DNA of 64,000 nt. Source: Oligoflexia bacterium (GTDB taxonomy: Bacteria; Bdellovibrionota; Bdellovibrionia; JABDDW01). A program made the translations under genes and the position numbers. Positions 57,660 to 64,000 of the stretch are shown here, one piece after another; position 1 is the stretch's first letter, and each line of letters opens with the position of its first letter. The DNA lies in NCBI GenBank assembly GCA_043732305.1, contig JAYTHU010000094.1, positions 10,077-74,076 on the forward strand. The letters are read 5' to 3'. The notes beneath the pieces were generated by a model that worked only from the letters and a program-made list of their open reading frames with translations, had not been told where the DNA came from and ran no database searches.

Positions 57660-58517
57660 ATGGTTATCATTGATGGTCGCGAAGTCGCCAAAGCGGTTAA
57701 AAGCGATGTAAAAATGCAAGTTGAGAAGTTTAGAAGCAACCATGGAAAATCTCCACAGCTGGCTGTCATCAACATTGGTGAAGATCCAGCTTCTGCGATT
57801 TACCTTAGAAACAAAGAAAAATCAGCTGCTGAAGTTGGAATCCAGTCCTTGCGATTCAAACTCGACAAAGAACAGAGTCAGGAAGAACTTGATTCTCTGC
57901 TCACACGTCTCAATGCTGATGCTGATGTTAACGGTATTTTAGTTCAGTTGCCGTTGCCATCTCACTTTAGTATCGACGCTGTTTTGGCTTCATTAAATCC
58001 TCTGAAAGACGCAGACGGATTCCATCCGGAAAATCTCGGGCTTCTGATGTCGGGAAAACCTGTGGTGAAGCCCTGCACACCTTTCGGAATCATGCGTATG
58101 CTAGGACATTACAAAATTCCGGTTGAAGGAAAACATGTTGTGGTTGTTGGTCGCTCAAACATTGTTGGAAAGCCCATGGCGGCACTCGCGCTGAATGCCA
58201 ATGCCACTGTGACAATTTGCCATTCTAAAACCCCCGATCTTAAAAAATTCACCCAAGCTGCCGACATTGTCATCTGCGCCATTGGCAAACCGATGTTTTT
58301 TGATCACAGCTATTTTAATAAAAATTCTGTGGTCATTGACGTGGGAATGCATCACTTAAATGGAAAAACTGTGGGCGATGTTGATTTTAAAGATTGTGAA
58401 GGAAAAGTGGCTGCGCTTTCTCCCGTACCCGGAGGCGTTGGGCAAATGACTGTGGCAATGCTTTTGCAAAATACCGTTGATCTTGCTATTCGCCAGAATC
58501 AAAAAAGAAATTTGTGA
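57660..58517 (+). CDS. folD: Methylene-THF dehydrogenase/cyclohydrolase FolD
   Basis: IIDG, GILVQLPLP, KDADG, PCTP, GRSNIVGKP, PVPGGVG. Confidence 0.97.
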   Translation: MVIIDGREVAKAVKSDVKMQVEKFRSNHGKSPQLAVINIGEDPASAIYLRNKEKSAAEVGIQSLRFKLDKEQSQEELDSLLTRLNADADVNGILVQLPLPSHFSIDAVLASLNPLKDADGFHPENLGLLMSGKPVVKPCTPFGIMRMLGHYKIPVEGKHVVVVGRSNIVGKPMAALALNANATVTICHSKTPDLKKFTQAADIVICAIGKPMFFDHSYFNKNSVVIDVGMHHLNGKTVGDVDFKDCEGKVAALSPVPGGVGQMTVAMLLQNTVDLAIRQNQKRNL

Positions 58518-59404
58518 GCAGACTAAAGGCAAAATTGGCAGCTGGTGAAAAAGTAATCACCGCTGAAATCACTCCCCCGCACGGTACCAATATTGAGCAT
58601 TTCATGCAAATGGCTCATGTGTTGAAGCCCCATGTCGATGCTATGAATGTGACTGACAACCAGCGTGCGCTGATGCGAATGAGCGGGCTTGCTTGTTGTG
58701 CGCGATTAGCTGCGGATGGTATTGAGCCGATTTTTCAACTCACTTGCCGAGACAGAAATATTCTTGGATTACAGTCTGAACTTTTGGGTGCTCAAGCCCT
58801 CGGTTTAAAAAATGTCCTGGCTCTTACCGGCGATCCCGTTTCTGCTGGTGACACTCCTGAAGCCAAAGGTGTTTTTCAGATGGAAGCCGTGGGGCTCTTA
58901 AATTTGATTTCAAAAATGCGATCGGCAGAAGCATTCAATTCTAAAGCTCTCGATGGTGGGCTCGATCTTTTTGCTGGTGCGGCAGTCAATCCGGGTGGCA
59001 AAAATGTGGATATTCAAGTTCGTCGGTTAGAAAAGAAAATGAAAGCCGGCGCCGAGTTTTTCCAAACACAAATTGTTTTTGATCGATCGCAAATGGAGTC
59101 CTTCATGACTCGTGTGCGACCAATGGGTGCAAAAATCATTGCTGGTATTCTTTTGGTACGCTCTCTCAAGACAGCGCACTTTCTGCATGACAAAGTTCCC
59201 GGGATTTTTGTTCCCGACGAACTTTTTAAACGCCTTGAGAACGCCTCGGATCAAGAGGCTGCGGGAATGGAATACACCGCAGAATTAGCTCGAGATTATT
59301 ACGGCATGTGTGATGGCGTTCACCTGATCGCCATCAAAGCCGAAGAAAAATTAATCGATATTATCGAAATGGCGGGAATTGCCCGTGCTAAGAACGGAAA
59401 TTGA
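58514..59404 (+). CDS. metF: 5,10-methylene-THF reductase
   Basis: EITPP, NVTDN, TCRDRN, LALTGD, AGAEFFQTQ. Confidence 0.92.
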   Translation: MSRLKAKLAAGEKVITAEITPPHGTNIEHFMQMAHVLKPHVDAMNVTDNQRALMRMSGLACCARLAADGIEPIFQLTCRDRNILGLQSELLGAQALGLKNVLALTGDPVSAGDTPEAKGVFQMEAVGLLNLISKMRSAEAFNSKALDGGLDLFAGAAVNPGGKNVDIQVRRLEKKMKAGAEFFQTQIVFDRSQMESFMTRVRPMGAKIIAGILLVRSLKTAHFLHDKVPGIFVPDELFKRLENASDQEAAGMEYTAELARDYYGMCDGVHLIAIKAEEKLIDIIEMAGIARAKNGN

Positions 59405-59441
59405 AATGCACACTGAAATGATAAACGACGGGGAAATGACA

Positions 59442-60542
59442 ATGACTGAAACTCCATGGAAAAAAACACCGCTCGCTGAAACGCATGAAAAACTGGGCGC
59501 GCGAATGGTGGAATTTGCGGGCTGGTGGATGCCCGTTCAATACGTTGGTGTGATTGAAGAACATAAAGCTGTGAGAGAAAGTGTCGGACTTTTTGATGTC
59601 AGTCACATGGGCGAAGTTTTTGTGAGAGGGTCAAAATCACTTGAAACTTTGCAATGGCTCACCTCTAACGACGTCAGTAAACTTGAAAATGGTGATGCTC
59701 AATACTCTCTGCTCACTAATCCGCAAGGCGGGATGGTGGATGACATCATCGTTTACTGTTTAGAAAAAAATCAAAATTATTTGGTCTGCGTGAATGCGTC
59801 TAACGTCGAAAAAGATTTCGAGTGGATGAAGAAAAATAATCTGGGCGCGATCATCGAAAATGAATCTATGAAATGGTCGCAAATTGCAATCCAAGGGCCG
59901 AAAGCTGTCGAACTCACCCAAAGAGTTTTGGGCAATAAAGTTGCTGAAATTTCGACATTTAAATTTGCCATCATGAATTCGGACTGGATTGTGGCTCGCA
60001 CAGGCTACACCGGTGAAGATGGATTTGAAGTTTTTCTGCCTAACGACAAAGCCGTGGAGTTTTGGAAAGCACTGATGGAAAAGGGCAAGGACTTGAATGT
60101 TCAAGCTATTGGACTAGGAGCGCGCGACACCTTGAGATTAGAAATGAAATATTCCCTCTATGGACATGAAATCACCGACGACACGAATGCCTTGGAAGCC
60201 GGTCTGGGATGGGTTGTCAAACCTGCCAAAGGCGACTTTATTGGCAAGCAAGCAATTGAGGCAAAGAGAGCCAATGGACTTGCCAAAAAACTCATTGGTT
60301 TCAAAATGGTCGACAAAGGAATTCCGAGACAGGATTACGAACTGTTTTCTTTTGACAACCAGAGCATTGGCAGAGTAACTAGTGGAACGATGTCTCCGTC
60401 CTCCCGAGAACCAATTGGCATAGCTTATATCGCAGCTCATTTAGCAGCGGAAGGCCAAGAGTTTTTTGTGAATATTCGAGGCAGAAACGCAAAGGCAGTG
60501 GTTGTCAAAACCCCCTTTAAAAAATTAGGAGAAATCAAATAA
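59442..60542 (+). CDS. gcvT: Glycine cleavage aminomethyltransferase T
   Basis: FAGWWMP, FDVSHMG, RTGYTGEDGFE, GLGARDTLRLE; start uncertain (59379-59442). Confidence 0.97.
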   Translation: MTETPWKKTPLAETHEKLGARMVEFAGWWMPVQYVGVIEEHKAVRESVGLFDVSHMGEVFVRGSKSLETLQWLTSNDVSKLENGDAQYSLLTNPQGGMVDDIIVYCLEKNQNYLVCVNASNVEKDFEWMKKNNLGAIIENESMKWSQIAIQGPKAVELTQRVLGNKVAEISTFKFAIMNSDWIVARTGYTGEDGFEVFLPNDKAVEFWKALMEKGKDLNVQAIGLGARDTLRLEMKYSLYGHEITDDTNALEAGLGWVVKPAKGDFIGKQAIEAKRANGLAKKLIGFKMVDKGIPRQDYELFSFDNQSIGRVTSGTMSPSSREPIGIAYIAAHLAAEGQEFFVNIRGRNAKAVVVKTPFKKLGEIK

Positions 60543-60928
60543 TGGCGACCAAAATTCCCAGCGAACTCATGTACACCAAAAATCACGAATGGGCACAAAT
60601 TGATGACAACGTGATAACTGTTGGTATCACCGAGTATGCGCAAGATGCTTTGGGCGAAGTCGTCTATGTTGAGCTTCCTGAAGAAGGTCAAAAAGTCACT
60701 CAGAACGAACCTTTCGGCGTTGTCGAAAGTGTGAAAGCTGTCAGTGATTTGTTTTCCCCTATTTCAGGAACAGTCGTTGAAGTCAATGAAGCGCTTTTAG
60801 ATCAACCGGGTTCTGTGAATGATGATCCTTACACCGATGGATGGATGATCAAGATCGAAATGGATAGCGAGAAAGAACTCGCGGCATTGATTCCCGCAGT
60901 TGAGTACGAAAAACTGACCAAGAAATAA
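60542..60928 (+). CDS. gcvH: Glycine cleavage H protein
   Basis: HEW, VGIT, ESVKAVSD lipoyl motif. Confidence 0.97.
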   Translation: MATKIPSELMYTKNHEWAQIDDNVITVGITEYAQDALGEVVYVELPEEGQKVTQNEPFGVVESVKAVSDLFSPISGTVVEVNEALLDQPGSVNDDPYTDGWMIKIEMDSEKELAALIPAVEYEKLTKK

Positions 60929-60952
60929 TTTTCAGAAAAAGCAGAGGATCAA

Positions 60953-63909
<2,957 letters not shown>

Positions 63910-63913
<4 letters not shown>

Positions 63914-64000
63914 GCTGAGACGTTAGATTTATTTTTACCGATCATTTTTGAAGTTACCGGTGCGCTGAGGCTTGCGAGTGTGCTTCCTAAAATTATATCC
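63910..64000 (-). CDS. Possible 3' end of a convergent gene entering from the right edge
   Basis: Open minus frame [29 protein letters not shown] whose stop overlaps the gcvP stop; only 30 codons visible. Confidence 0.35.

Noticed and set aside
57590..57660. Glycine, THF or ZTP riboswitch upstream of folD-gcv
   Set aside because: The space after the putative promoter is too short and no aptamer motif is visible

Overview
Dense, housekeeping-rich bacterial chromosome segment; gene content and order suggest a Bdellovibrionota/former delta-proteobacterial predator (inference, no database search run). In order: a class A PBP (PBP1B-like, runs off the left edge); a DUF507-like gene pair and an outer-membrane barrel; a dcw cluster (mraZ-rsmH-ftsL-ftsI-murE-murF-mraY-murD-ftsW-murG) that stops after murG; a large orphan secreted protein; KamA; UvrD/PcrA; a sigma54-preceded lipoprotein metalloprotease plus small beta-barrel plus DxDxDG-repeat protein; a split ManC; a SPOR protein; suhB; a sigma54-driven flagellar operon (fliL-M-N-O-P-Q-R-flhB-flhA-flhF-flhG-fliA); a permuted papain-like amidase; rpoH; hisS-aspS-lipid kinase; a stand-alone FliG C-terminal paralogue under tandem sigma28-like promoters; a split Tad/Flp pilus locus; and folD-metF-gcvT-gcvH-gcvP. 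I saw no tRNA, rRNA, CRISPR array or mobile element. The best candidate for an undescribed system is the Tad locus (48003-57270). Its two halves share a 17/18-identical upstream motif and a CCGGAC box at the same offset, its pilin RBS sits in a hairpin, and it encloses a sensor-less REC-kinase and a 653-aa secreted Cys-rich protein with a Q/N/G-rich tail.
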